DNA of 64,000 nt from Obrimoposthia wandeli (lineage: Eukaryota): positions 1 to 64,000 of the forward strand of contig CDROCS010004136.1 of the NCBI GenBank assembly GCA_977020255.1, read 5' to 3'. The notes beneath the pieces are model-generated. The model saw nothing but the letters and a program-made list of their open reading frames with translations. It ran no database searches and had not been told where the DNA came from. Of the stretch, positions 30,432 to 41,156 are shown piece by piece. The first letter of the stretch is position 1, and each line of letters begins with the position of its first letter. The position numbers and the translations under genes are program-made.

Positions 30432-31289
30432 TTAACTATCGAATGCATGCATTTTCAATGTGATACTGTCCTTGCAAATGTTGGCTATCACTAAGCATGC
30501 TTGCTGATGATTATCGCAGTGCAAGTAATCGCCACGACCAGTCCAGACGCCATTATTACCGCAGGTGTCCCAGCCTGCCGTAGCAGATATGTGGTTAGCG
30601 AGCAGCACTGGAATATTTAGCTGACGGGCGATCTCCTGAAGAATATCTGCATCGACACTAAAGCCTTTCTTAGAGATCAGTGCGCTGGCAATATAAAGAT
30701 CCACATGATCTTTATTGGCATCATTGACGTGTTCCGCTCGACTAAAATCAGCGCAGATAGCCAGCGCAATGTTGAACCCTTTTAGTTGTAGCCGATAATT
30801 TTGATGACCCGCCGTAATATAGCGCGCTTCACCTGCATGTAGGTACTGCTTGTGATAAAAATCGATAGAGCCATCCACATGACAAATAACCGCGCCAATG
30901 TAGGGTTTAGTCGTACTGCTTGTTAGCAAAGCACCTGCCACCACGGTTATCTTATGTTGTGCTGCGTATTGGCTTATTGTGTTAAATATATTGTCCTTTT
31001 GACTGCGTGCATCATCAGTCGCGTGTTCAAGAGAGTATCCGTTGAGTGACAGCTCGGCAAAAACAACTAGATCGGCACCTTGCTCGGCGCTGGCTTTTAT
31101 GTAGGATAGATGCTCCTTGAGGTTGCCACTAATATCTCCATCCGTGATAGGACATTGAGCTAAGCTAATGATGATGTTTTTTTGATGCACGCTTAAAATC
31201 CAGAAGAAGATGAAGGTGTCGAGTTTAACAGTTGATAGCGATAAATATACGGCGAAACTAGCTCTGATGGGTGTTAGATGTTTTGTCAC
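30432..31289 (-). CDS. Carbon-nitrogen hydrolase (nitrilase superfamily)
   Basis: E-K-C triad in VVFAELSLNGY, YHKQYL, LAICADF. The true start is probably about 31190; the N-terminal stretch of the ORF is doubtful. Confidence 0.85.
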   Translation of the reverse strand: MTKHLTPIRASFAVYLSLSTVKLDTFIFFWILSVHQKNIIISLAQCPITDGDISGNLKEHLSYIKASAEQGADLVVFAELSLNGYSLEHATDDARSQKDNIFNTISQYAAQHKITVVAGALLTSSTTKPYIGAVICHVDGSIDFYHKQYLHAGEARYITAGHQNYRLQLKGFNIALAICADFSRAEHVNDANKDHVDLYIASALISKKGFSVDADILQEIARQLNIPVLLANHISATAGWDTCGNNGVWTGRGDYLHCDNHQQACLVIANICKDSITLKMHAFDS

Positions 31290-31524
31290 GCGTCACAAGC
31301 TATCAGAAAAAAGTGATAGATGGCCGCTTTGATGATGTTTAATCAATCTCACCTAGAGATTGTTCTTAGTCACATCAAGCAGAAATAAGCGGGCGTCCTA
31401 TGAAGGCGTCGTAAAGCTGTCGTGCGCAACCCTACAGCGATATCAGATGTCTAATATTAATGACAGCCTCTTCGATTTAATTCGGCCACTATCTCGTACC
31501 CACTGTAACGTAAACAAAGCATTC

Positions 31525-31544
31525 AGATTACATTTTTGTAAACA
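31525..31544 (+). promoter_or_regulatory. OmpR-family (CusR/HprR-like) binding box 1, upstream of the NOX-like operon
   Basis: AGATTACA-TTTT-TGTAAACA, with a -10-like TAGACT at 31575; a second copy is at 35139. Confidence 0.7.
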
Positions 31545-31606
31545 TCAAGCCAGAGAAGTGACAGTTAAGGCCTTTAGACTAAGGGAAATTAACGCAGGGC
31601 TTAGCT

Positions 31607-32974
31607 ATGCAACATATATATTTGACCATCCTTTTTATTTTCAGCCAAATAGGGTTACTTTATTTTAGTGTCTCAATCGGGGATTTAGGTGTATTGATCA
31701 TCGCCATTATCGCACTCAATGCAATGGCGCTGAGTTTAATCCTGGCAGGGCGCTTCTCATGGATCGATCGATTATTAGGCGGACCAGAGAAAAGCTATAA
31801 CTTACATCGGTTTTTAGGAAAAACGTCTTTAATGGCCGCCCTTTTACACTGGTTGACCATGGAAGAAAAGGGCATGGGTATTGTGGTTTTCCTAGCGGAT
31901 GTGAGTGCCGAGTTGGGCGAGTTTATCATCATATCGATGATACTACTGGTGACCTGCTCAGTGATTAAATTACTTCCCTACCACTGGTGGAAAAGAAGTC
32001 ACACCTTAATGGGACCACTTTATGCTCTGGCACTCTTTCACAGTATCTTTGCCCCCAGTGGGCTCAATATAAGTTCAGCGGCAGGCTGGTCAATGATTGT
32101 GCTCGGTGTTTTTGCTCTGATCGGTTGGCTAAACACCTTAAAACGCGGCACAAAAGTAATCGCTAAGGCAGAAATAATCAAGATAACACGCGCAGGGGAT
32201 CGTTTAGATATGACGTTGCAGCGTCCCAAGTCACTGCAATGGAAAGCCGGACAATTCGCTCAGCTATCCTTAAATTATGGAGGCTTAAAGGAACATCATC
32301 CCTTCACGATAGCCAGTAGTACACAAAGTAATGAATTACGTTTTGTTATCAAACAAGCGGGTGACTATACAGGTAAGTTATATAAGAGTGCCGGACTTGG
32401 ACAAACAGTCAATATTCATGAGATAGCCGGTACGTTTTTACCCCAGCACAGCATGGATCGTAATCGACAGCTATGGATTGCTGGTGGTACGGGTATCACG
32501 CCTTTCTTAGCGGCGCTACAGTCGATGAAAGCGGATAATGGGCATCAGGTTAAGCTTATCTATGCCATTGGATGTGATCAGCAACAAGGTATTCTAAAAC
32601 AGATAGCAGACTATCAATGTCTATTACCTCAATTAGACGTACTACTGTTGCATCCAGGGGAGCGTTTACAAAGCTGTGATTTAAGTACCATCGCAGCCTC
32701 AGTACAAGTGACTGATCTGTATCTGTGTGGTCCGGCACAGCTTACTCAGGCTGCTAGACGTTCTTGGCATGAGAATGTTGGTATTGAGCGTGGTCATGTC
32801 TTTGAAGAAAAATTCGATTTTCAAATACCTTTCACTATAAACAAACCTTTAATTCAACACCTTAGTAAGGTCTTTGCTAAGATACCCACATACGTCAAAT
32901 TTGGACGAAGGCTTGATCAGTTAAAACACTCAGTGATACAAAAAATCAACTCTGGTAAACGAGCGCAGCAATGA
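31607..32974 (+). CDS. Ferric reductase-like transmembrane flavocytochrome with FAD/NAD(P)H dehydrogenase domain (bacterial NOX-like)
   Basis: H-x13-H (HRFLGKTSLMAALLH) and H-x12-H (HTLMGPLYALALFH) heme pairs, HPFT, IKQAGDYT, AGGTGITPF, LCGP, EEKF. Confidence 0.88.
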   Translation: MQHIYLTILFIFSQIGLLYFSVSIGDLGVLIIAIIALNAMALSLILAGRFSWIDRLLGGPEKSYNLHRFLGKTSLMAALLHWLTMEEKGMGIVVFLADVSAELGEFIIISMILLVTCSVIKLLPYHWWKRSHTLMGPLYALALFHSIFAPSGLNISSAAGWSMIVLGVFALIGWLNTLKRGTKVIAKAEIIKITRAGDRLDMTLQRPKSLQWKAGQFAQLSLNYGGLKEHHPFTIASSTQSNELRFVIKQAGDYTGKLYKSAGLGQTVNIHEIAGTFLPQHSMDRNRQLWIAGGTGITPFLAALQSMKADNGHQVKLIYAIGCDQQQGILKQIADYQCLLPQLDVLLLHPGERLQSCDLSTIAASVQVTDLYLCGPAQLTQAARRSWHENVGIERGHVFEEKFDFQIPFTINKPLIQHLSKVFAKIPTYVKFGRRLDQLKHSVIQKINSGKRAQQ

Positions 32975-33654
32975 AAATATTAGTCTTGGAAGATGACGCA
33001 GAATTAGGACCGTGGATACAAAGTGGTTTAATGAATGCGGGTCATGTTGTAGATTTACTCACCGATGGCCGTCACGCGTTAGCGGGGGTAACAACCACTG
33101 AATACGATCTAGTATTACTCGACAGAATGACGCCAGGTCTTGATGGCCTATCAGTGCTTAAGGCAATGAGAGCGGCAAAAAATAATGTGCCAGTGCTGTT
33201 TCTTTCAGCATTGGGGGAAGTGGATGACCGTGTCGCTGGTTTGGAAGCGGGTGGCGATGATTATTTAGCTAAACCTTTTGCTTTTAGTGAGTTACTCGCC
33301 AGAGTACATGCATTAGGGCGGCGAGGTACGGCGGATATCGAACAGGGAAGTAGTGAATTAGTATTTGCTGATTTACAACTCGATTTGCTTAAAAGACAGT
33401 GCGTGCGTGCAGGGACTAAAATAGAATTAAACACAAAAGAGTTTTTATTACTGGAAATTTTTTTGAAAAACCCGGGACGAATACAAACAAAGGCGATGCT
33501 GTTAGAAAAAGTGTGGGATTTACGCTTTGATCCGACCACGAGTGTGGTGGAGACACATATCAGCCGACTGCGAAATAAAATAGATAAAAGTTTCACCACT
33601 AAGTTATTAAAAACAATCCGTGGAGCGGGCTATGTACTTGAAGAATGTGATTAG
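32971..33654 (+). CDS. OmpR-family response regulator (CusR/CopR-like)
   Basis: LVLEDD, LLDRMTPGLDG, DDYLAKPF, VWDLRFDPTTSVVETHISRLRNKID, TIRGAGY; 4-bp overlap with the upstream gene. Confidence 0.95.
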   Translation: MKILVLEDDAELGPWIQSGLMNAGHVVDLLTDGRHALAGVTTTEYDLVLLDRMTPGLDGLSVLKAMRAAKNNVPVLFLSALGEVDDRVAGLEAGGDDYLAKPFAFSELLARVHALGRRGTADIEQGSSELVFADLQLDLLKRQCVRAGTKIELNTKEFLLLEIFLKNPGRIQTKAMLLEKVWDLRFDPTTSVVETHISRLRNKIDKSFTTKLLKTIRGAGYVLEECD

Positions 33655-34993
33655 TCGTTGCTCCGGACTGTGGCGAATGTCCGCAGTGCGACAAGCGGCG
33701 ATACTCACCCTATTATTTTTGGCACTGTTAATATTGGCTGGGTTTTCGACAATCGCTCTCTTGTATCAGGAAATAGAGCGCAGTATCAATCAGGAATTAC
33801 TCTCCAGGCATCAAGTTATATCGCAGCAGCTAAACAACAGTAATACGGAGCAATTAAGCTTACCTGGAAGTTATTTAGCTTTCGCCAGCTTACGCCGCAG
33901 CACTGGTGAAATACTTGGTCCTAATCACCCAAAACTCTTTAATATTAAAGGCTATGCGGATATTGAATTGGATATCGCTAGTGATAGTGATGACTGGAAA
34001 GTGCTCAGTGCAGCACACCCTCAGGGTCAGTTAGTCGTCGGGGTCAATACTGAAAAGCGTTACAAACCGTTAAAAATATTGGGTGAGCTATTTATCACAT
34101 TAGGTTTATTAACGATATTACTGACCTTGTGTAGTGGTTTGTTGATTGGTCTGAGTAACCAGCGGCGATTTAATCAAATCAATGCAACATTAGAGCAAGT
34201 AGCCAAAGGTAATTTTGAAGCACGTGTTGATATCAAGTCTAAAAATGATGATTTGGATCGATTGGGACAACGCATTGATAGTACGACAGAGCATTTGGCT
34301 CAGCTGGTTCAGCAGAGCAGGGACCTTTCTGCCAATATAGCACATGACCTGAAAACCCCACTGGCACGCTTGCGAGCCAATTTAGAGCGATCCCTCGAGC
34401 AGCCTGTGCCAGACCATGGCGTGATTGAAATTGCGCTGCAACAAACGGACCAAATGATATTAACTTTCGAGGCGATTTTGAGGATTGCCCATTTGAGTAG
34501 TGGCCAATATCGCTCGCGTTTTACTCAACTATCACTGAAAAGTTTAATTCAAGAAATTGCAGAGATATACCAGGCAGTCATTGAAGACAGTAATCATTTT
34601 TTTGAGCTGCAATTAGCTCAGTGTAGCGACATAGTTGGAGATCGAGAATTAATCATTCAGATGGTGGCAAATTTATTAGAAAATGCACTGCGCCATACCG
34701 CTGCTGGAACGACGATCACCCTTTCATGTGAAGGAACAAGGATAACAGTGTCTGATAATGGTCCGGGAATTGAATCACAGTACCGTAAGAAGGTATTGCA
34801 ACCGATGTATCGATTGGAAAAAAGCAGGCATAGTGCCGGCAATGGATTGGGTTTGTCTATGGTCAGTACTATCGCTCAATTACACCACGCCACGTTACTC
34901 TTGGATGCCGTGGATACAACAGTTGCCGCCCCAGGCCTGAAGGTAGTGATAAATTTACCGGTGGCGCAAAGTGAAAGGGAAAAGAAGAGGTAA
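33620..34993 (+). CDS. Sensor histidine kinase (2 TM, HAMP, HisKA, HATPase)
   Basis: IAHDLKTPLARL, NLLENALRH, VSDNGPGI, GNGLGLSMV; overlaps the end of the response regulator gene. Confidence 0.94.
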   Translation: MERAMYLKNVISRCSGLWRMSAVRQAAILTLLFLALLILAGFSTIALLYQEIERSINQELLSRHQVISQQLNNSNTEQLSLPGSYLAFASLRRSTGEILGPNHPKLFNIKGYADIELDIASDSDDWKVLSAAHPQGQLVVGVNTEKRYKPLKILGELFITLGLLTILLTLCSGLLIGLSNQRRFNQINATLEQVAKGNFEARVDIKSKNDDLDRLGQRIDSTTEHLAQLVQQSRDLSANIAHDLKTPLARLRANLERSLEQPVPDHGVIEIALQQTDQMILTFEAILRIAHLSSGQYRSRFTQLSLKSLIQEIAEIYQAVIEDSNHFFELQLAQCSDIVGDRELIIQMVANLLENALRHTAAGTTITLSCEGTRITVSDNGPGIESQYRKKVLQPMYRLEKSRHSAGNGLGLSMVSTIAQLHHATLLLDAVDTTVAAPGLKVVINLPVAQSEREKKR

Positions 34994-35138
34994 TATGGCA
35001 GGGATTATTTAAATGGGAATGACGGGTTCACTTAGATTTACGGAAATAAGCCCATATTTAAGAGTGCGCGGTGGTACTAGGATGGGTCTACTTAGAGCGT
35101 ATATGAAGTAGCCAGTATAAACCGCCATGAAACATTTT

Positions 35139-35158
35139 AGATTACAAAAATGTAAACA
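35139..35158 (+). promoter_or_regulatory. OmpR-family (CusR/HprR-like) binding box 2, upstream of the small membrane protein gene
   Basis: AGATTACA-AAAA-TGTAAACA, with a -10-like GATAAT at 35189; the 30-nt gap is the same as for box 1. Confidence 0.7.
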
Positions 35159-35238
35159 CACTGACAGCCAAATTACAGTAGCGCAGTAGATAATACTCCC
35201 ATCGATGAGGAATACTTCATCTTAACCAGGAGAGCCAA

Positions 35239-35424
35239 ATGAATAAGTTAAAATCTATTGTTATCATGGTTGCTGTATTGGCAATCGCTGTTTTGAGTGT
35301 CATGAGTTTTGCGACATTAGGCCTTGCTGTCATCGGCCTTAGCGCTTTTGTACTGCTGATTGCTAGCGTATACCGTATGTTTACAGGTAGCAGAGTAATA
35401 AACCCAGTAGTTAAAACCTACTAG
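35239..35424 (+). CDS. Small (61 aa) hydrophobic membrane protein, unknown function
   Basis: Strong RBS AGGAGAG, two predicted hydrophobic helices, its own promoter box and a downstream hairpin. Confidence 0.7.
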   Translation: MNKLKSIVIMVAVLAIAVLSVMSFATLGLAVIGLSAFVLLIASVYRMFTGSRVINPVVKTY

Positions 35425-35435
35425 TTATCGGTTTC

Positions 35436-35470
35436 AGAGCACCTCTTCATAATGTATTAAGAGGTGCTCT
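35436..35470. terminator. Hairpin after the small membrane protein gene
   Basis: AGAGCACCTCTT-cataatgtatt-AAGAGGTGCTCT, 12-bp stem. Confidence 0.6.
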
Positions 35471-35574
35471 CTAATGGGGCCACCATTATCCGAGAAGAGT
35501 GACTTTGACAAGAGTTACTCTTTCTCTTAGGAAATATATCCTCCAAGTGATCAAGTCTTAGTTGGATAAGTTGA

Positions 35575-36201
35575 TTAGTATTTTCGCCCAGCACGGGGTT
35601 TGTAGCGCGGGGTTGTCCATCCTCTTAGCAACGCCCCTGCACGTAATGTGAAACCGCAAAGCATACCAAATGCAGCCGCGATAGATTGTGGATAATCTAT
35701 GCTGAGGGCAGCAATATAGGCCAGTGCAGCGAGCATCGCCGCTGATGCGTAAATTTCTTGCGAGAGGATCAATGTTTTCTCTTGAGCAACCACATCGCGT
35801 AATACTCCACCAAAACTTGCGGTCATCATCCCCATTAAAACGGCGACTAGATAAGTAGTACCATGAGCGAGTGCTATGTGAGCACCCAGTACCCCATAAG
35901 CTGATAGACCTATGGCATCTAACCATAAAATCCAACTGTAGCGTCGTTGGATCAAGTGCGCGCTAAAGAAAGTGACTGTTGCAATCACTAAGCAAACAAT
36001 GAGATAAACTTGATCTTGTAGCCAAAAAATTTCACGTCCCAAAATAACATCGCGAAATGTGCCGCCACCAATACCGGTGGCTGTGGCTAAAAAAGCAAAA
36101 CCGATGAGATCAAGCTGCTTACGACTCGCCACAAGGGCGCCGGTAGTGGCAAAAATAGCAACACCGATAATATCGGCAATATAACTGGCGGAAGCAGACA
36201 A
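35575..36201 (-). CDS. UPF0126 / trimeric intracellular cation channel family membrane protein (YadS-like)
   Basis: FATTGALVA, TGIGGGTFRDVILG, LDAIGL, TASFGGVLRDVV, EIYASAA. Confidence 0.9.
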   Translation of the reverse strand: MSASASYIADIIGVAIFATTGALVASRKQLDLIGFAFLATATGIGGGTFRDVILGREIFWLQDQVYLIVCLVIATVTFFSAHLIQRRYSWILWLDAIGLSAYGVLGAHIALAHGTTYLVAVLMGMMTASFGGVLRDVVAQEKTLILSQEIYASAAMLAALAYIAALSIDYPQSIAAAFGMLCGFTLRAGALLRGWTTPRYKPRAGRKY

Positions 36202-36333
36202 TTAACTGATCTCTTTTAAGAAAAAGCTTATTGTATGTTTTTATATCAGTTAGTGCACTGAGTCGCTAAATTAAACAATTAATTATTATCCATTATTGTT
36301 CTGGCAGCTGAATTCATAGTAGAGGTTATTGAA

Positions 36334-37578
36334 ATGAGTAAGCGAATCAAAGTGAGTTTCCCGGCGGCGCAACAGGCAGCGTCCCAAGATGACCCTGTTA
36401 TGTTACATGGGTTACTTGAACTACCCGTTGAGTTAAGCGGGGCGTTTGTTTTGTTCGCTCACTGCTTTACCTGTGGTAAAGATATTGCCGCAGCATCGCG
36501 AGTTGCCCGCACACTTGTTGCACGCGGTTACGGTGTATTGAGGTTTGATTTTACCGGTCTTGGGAATAGTGATGGCGATTTTGCTAACACTAATTTTTCT
36601 TCTAATGTAAATGATTTGATCGCAGCGGCAGATTATTTGCGCGAACACTATCAGGCACCGAGTGTACTTGTAGGGCATAGTCTGGGTGGTGCTGCTGTTC
36701 TTAAAGCAGCAGCGCGTATCCCTGAAAGTGTCGCAGTGGCCACGATTGCTGCGCCCAGTAATGCCGCACATGTAACACATAACTTTAGTACGCAACTCGG
36801 TAAAATCAGCAAAGACGGAGAGGCCAATGTTAATTTAGCGGGGCGCATTTTCACTATAAAACAACAGTTTATCGAGGATCTTTGCAGCCAAGATACACAG
36901 CACATCGCTAAACTAAGAAGAGCTTTATTAGTGATGCATTCTCCAAGTGATCAGACAGTCTCTATCAATGAAGCGGAGCATATTTATAGTCAGGCCAAGC
37001 ATCCAAAATCATTTGTAACTTTGGATAATGCAGATCACTTATTAACAAGTAAGGAGGATGCTGAATATGTTGCACAGACAATAGCCACTTGGGCTGCTCG
37101 TTATATACCTGTTAGCGCAATTAGTACCCGTGTCAATTCTTCATCGGTAAGCCCTGGCGAGGTGTTGGTGAAAGAGCGCAATCAAAACTTCACTCAAGAT
37201 ATTCACAGCGATAGTCATTACTGGTTGAGTGATGAGCCATTAAGTGTCGGCGGAGATAACTTAGGACCTGACCCCTATGAGCAATTGCTTGCCAGTGTTG
37301 GTGCTTGTACCTCAATGACTTTGCGAATGTATGCCAAGCTTAAAAAGTTGCCGCTTCAGAGTATCAGTGTAACCTTAAGTCATCAGCGTAATCACTTAGC
37401 GGACTGTCAACAATGTGATGAACAGGGCAAGGGAATAGAAGTGATCAATCGCGATATTAAACTGGAAGGTGATCTAAGTACAACCCAACGAGAAAGGCTG
37501 TTAGCAATAGCTGATAAATGCCCGGTACATAGAACACTTAGCAAAGCCCTTAAAATTAATAGTCGTCTACTGGAATAG
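36334..37578 (+). CDS. Bifunctional alpha/beta hydrolase - OsmC family protein
   Basis: [31 protein letters not shown]; OsmC domain [19 protein letters not shown] and [10 protein letters not shown]. Confidence 0.93.
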   Translation: MSKRIKVSFPAAQQAASQDDPVMLHGLLELPVELSGAFVLFAHCFTCGKDIAAASRVARTLVARGYGVLRFDFTGLGNSDGDFANTNFSSNVNDLIAAADYLREHYQAPSVLVGHSLGGAAVLKAAARIPESVAVATIAAPSNAAHVTHNFSTQLGKISKDGEANVNLAGRIFTIKQQFIEDLCSQDTQHIAKLRRALLVMHSPSDQTVSINEAEHIYSQAKHPKSFVTLDNADHLLTSKEDAEYVAQTIATWAARYIPVSAISTRVNSSSVSPGEVLVKERNQNFTQDIHSDSHYWLSDEPLSVGGDNLGPDPYEQLLASVGACTSMTLRMYAKLKKLPLQSISVTLSHQRNHLADCQQCDEQGKGIEVINRDIKLEGDLSTTQRERLLAIADKCPVHRTLSKALKINSRLLE

Positions 37579-37802
37579 TAGGCTACAGTTTAATGAGTAC
37601 TACTAAATTTGGCTTTGATTTTCTGGTTGTTTATTGATCGTTTAATATCGGTTCATGAGTGGCCTAGTGCTTTGCTGGCTATTGGTACAATCGACTTGTT
37701 GGCAGAGTAATATATATTGATTGATGAGTAAGTTGATTCTAAGGATGGAGAACAGCGCTCGGAAATAATAATATAAGAAATATAACTGTTTCGAGGATTG
37801 CT

Positions 37803-39784
37803 ATGTCATTTCGTTTTACGGTCGCTTTAAAAACTATCTGTGGTTTTGCCCTACTCGCTATTTCTATCGTTATCGTCGGTGGTGGTGGTTTGCGCAGTAT
37901 CGATGAACTAAACCATCAAGTACAACAAGTCGCGGATCATGATATCCCGGAACTTGTTACCCGCTTTAACCAAAGCTTAAGTATTTCTCTCGCCAATGTA
38001 GCCTTGTTGACCTACTTACAATCACAAGAACCTGAGGTGATGAAGAAGCAACTGTCAGTTTTTGAGAATAAGTTTAAACTGTTTGATACTGAATTGAACG
38101 CTGCAGCAACCATGGCTGATGACGAAGCTCAAGCGCTAGTAGATCAAGTGCAGAGTTCTTCTGCTACATACTACAAGCACGCCAAGCAGGTGATTACAGG
38201 GCATCAGAAAAAAATAGCGCTTGATTATCAAATCACTGAGCAGTTCCAAAAGCTGCAAACTAAACTCGAAGCTGTTAACAAACTTAGCCAAAAGATAGAG
38301 CCTTTAATCAGTAAAAACAAAGCAAGTCTTAAGTTATTACGCAAGGTTACGGCTTCTTCAAACCAAGTTAGAATTGCAGTGCGCCAATACCAGTTACGTG
38401 GTGATATAGATAGACTCTATAAAGAGGGAGATCGGTTGCGCTTACAAATTCGCACCGAGTTCGATCAGTTCACTGTAGTAGAGAAGAAGGCCAAATTCCT
38501 AAAGCAACACGTTGATCAATTGATTGCATTGATACAGCCAGAAGAAGGCTTGTTGTTGAGCTACCGTGATGATTACCAGTTAAAGAAAGCACTGGAAGAC
38601 AATATTGACGGTGCGGCAAAGCAAATTCAATTGACTCAAGCCAGTTCGCAACTATTGGTTGATAATGCCATTGCTACGACGAGGCAGGCTCGACGCGAAA
38701 GTAATGATACTTTCACTACTACCCGGACCTTAATTATTGCCTTGATGGTGGTTTCTCTGCTGGTTGCCAGTGTAACGGGTTATCTAGTCTTTATTACGAT
38801 CCAGCGTCCGCTTAAACAGATTAGCCGCCAACTTAAGCAGTTGGGCGGTGGGGATATGTCAACGCGCTTCGATGACCAGCGCGCAGATGAATTTGGTATC
38901 CTAGGACAAGATTTAAATACGTTGGTGGATAATTTACGAGCGCTATTACAAGAGATTATCAATAACCTAATGAATTAGAAACGACTGCCAATACTAATAG
39001 TAAGATAAGTCACGATACTACCAGCGCGATGGGTCAACAAAGCGAGCAGTTAACCCAAACATCAGCATCCGCTAAGCTTCTGGAACAGAGCATGGCGCAA
39101 GTTGCTGAGCAAGTAGAAGCGACACTACAAGCCGTCGAAGATTGTACTAGCTTGACTCAGCAGGCGGATAAAAATGTGACTCTAACCAGTGATAACATCA
39201 TTACACAGGCAGAAGATATTGCCGGTGCCGTGGAACAGTCTAAACAACTCGAAGTTAATTCGCAGCAGATAGACAATATACTGGGGACAATTAATTCAAT
39301 TGCTGAACAAACCAACTTATTAGCGCTAAACGCAGCCATAGAGGCGGCGCGCGCGGGTGAACACGGCAGAGGGTTTGCCGTGGTTGCCGATGAAGTACGT
39401 GCACTGGCAAGTCGAACGCAAAACTCAACAGCTGAAATACAAAGCACTGTTGAAAACATGAAAAGTCAGATTCAAAAAGTAGCCAATATTTTGGCGAATA
39501 CCCACAAAAAAGCGACGGACTGTGTGACGATGGCAAGCTCCTCAAGTGATTCAATAGGATCACTGCGTGACGCTATCGCTATCATCCGTGAAATGAGTAA
39601 CCATATTGGTTCTGCGACGGAGCAGCAAAATCAAACAGTTTACGATGTAAGTCATCACTTAGAAGCCATTAACGCTGCAGCTCACCGTACTGCGCAGGGG
39701 GCCAGCGAGGCTGAAAACAGTAGTGATCAGCTGCTGGAAATAGCGAAAACTCAGCATAGATTAACGCAAAAATTCACGCTATAA
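37803..39784 (+). CDS. Methyl-accepting chemotaxis protein, split by a 1-bp frameshift at about 38955
   Basis: TM1, helical periplasmic domain, TM2, HAMP ([13 protein letters not shown]) and signalling hairpin [34 protein letters not shown]. Adding one base restores [30 protein letters not shown]. Confidence 0.9.
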
Positions 39785-39793
39785 ATTTTGATT

Positions 39794-39820
39794 ATGCGTT
39801 AGCGATCATCGCTAACGCAT
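39794..39820. terminator. Near-perfect palindrome right after the MCP stop codon
   Basis: ATGCGTTAGCGAT-C-ATCGCTAACGCAT. Confidence 0.55.
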
Positions 39821-40289
39821 CTTATTACACTCACCCATGTTAGAAGCCTTGTCCAGAGCTATAAAAATCCACAGTCTTTAACCGTATCTCTGTGTGCAAT
39901 TACTCACCTATCCTATTTTCCGTATGACCATCATTATTTTAGAGCGCTATTGGCGCGCTGGTGATCATGTTAGTTAAGTAAATGCCATTAAAGCAGAGCT
40001 ACCTTTGTTAGTGATGCGATATCTGAGGGCTAAGGAAGTACGAGTAAGTTTAATCTGTCACACACTTTTAAAGTGTAGCTTTAAGTTATCATCTTCTTTG
40101 ACGAGAATCCTCGTATAGAATTCGCCATTCACCAAATCTTATTTCTCACATGTAACCGCTTAGCTATATTCGCAAAAGATATAGGAGCTTATGCACGACT
40201 TCCCTAATAGATATTCAGTGATGGTGATTACTCAATTATACTGTGGCGAATGAATACAATTGTTCGGATCACTTTAGGATATAAAAACG

Positions 40290-40847
40290 ATGGCAATGAC
40301 CAAAATACCTAGCGCTAGTAATGTATCAAGTCGTTGGGAAAAAGGAAGTACCACAGAGCTATATATCTATCCCCGAGGAGCATCTTTAGCGGATATGCAG
40401 TTTGATATCCGACTGAGCTTAGCCACCATAGAAACAGAGACTTCGCTGTTTACGCCCTTACCGCAAGTAGAGCGCCAATTGATGGTACTACAAGGGCAAC
40501 TACAGTTAACGCATAGTGAACATCATCAAGTGGAGCTGCTACCACTACAACAAGACCGCTTTCACGGTGAGTGGTTAACCACAAGCCAAGGCGTAGCAAC
40601 AAATTTTAATATGATGACGAAAGGCGAATGCCACGGAATTCTTAGGGCGCATCAACTTAAAGCAGGGGAATCTATACAGCAGTCACTGTTACAAGGTAGT
40701 ACTTTTATATATTTATATAAGGGATGCGGAACAGCGCATGAATTATTACTCAATGCTGGAGATGCGATGTTGTTTGAAGATAGGCAAACAGTTGTTTTTA
40801 ATGCGGACCAAGATTCAGTTTTGATAGAGGCTAATTTTTTGTTATAG
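40290..40847 (+). CDS. HutD/Ves family protein
   Basis: RWEKGSTTELYIYP...FDIRLSLATIE...SLFTPLPQVERQLMVLQG...ATNFNMM. Confidence 0.85.
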   Translation: MAMTKIPSASNVSSRWEKGSTTELYIYPRGASLADMQFDIRLSLATIETETSLFTPLPQVERQLMVLQGQLQLTHSEHHQVELLPLQQDRFHGEWLTTSQGVATNFNMMTKGECHGILRAHQLKAGESIQQSLLQGSTFIYLYKGCGTAHELLLNAGDAMLFEDRQTVVFNADQDSVLIEANFLL

Positions 40848-41156
40848 GCTTTATAGGCCTATTGAGCCAAAATTATAGAACGACTAAGTAGGGTACATTC
40901 AACAGCTCAAGAACTCTTATGCATAGGTGGAAAATTTCACACCTCGTAGATTTTGGTCATTTTTGTAGCTAAAAGTAATAACAGTTACTATGAACATTCC
41001 TACATTATTTATAGGGCCATTCTGTTTTGTCAGTAAAGTGTCGAAATTGGTCTATATTATAATGATGTAAATCGATTTTTTAGTTCGCTGGCTATGTTTT
41101 GGCGCTTAAGAATAGGATGGATAAGAATGAGAAAGTACTTGTTGCTACTTGGCGAT

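Noticed and set aside
31360-31668. 102-aa ORF upstream of the NOX-like gene
   Set aside because: It runs through the promoter box and overlaps the real gene out of frame; no protein-like motif.
38940-39030. Possible programmed frameshift or two-gene split of the first MCP
   Set aside because: There is no slippery run or SSR; a single missing base explains it, consistent with other errors in the window.
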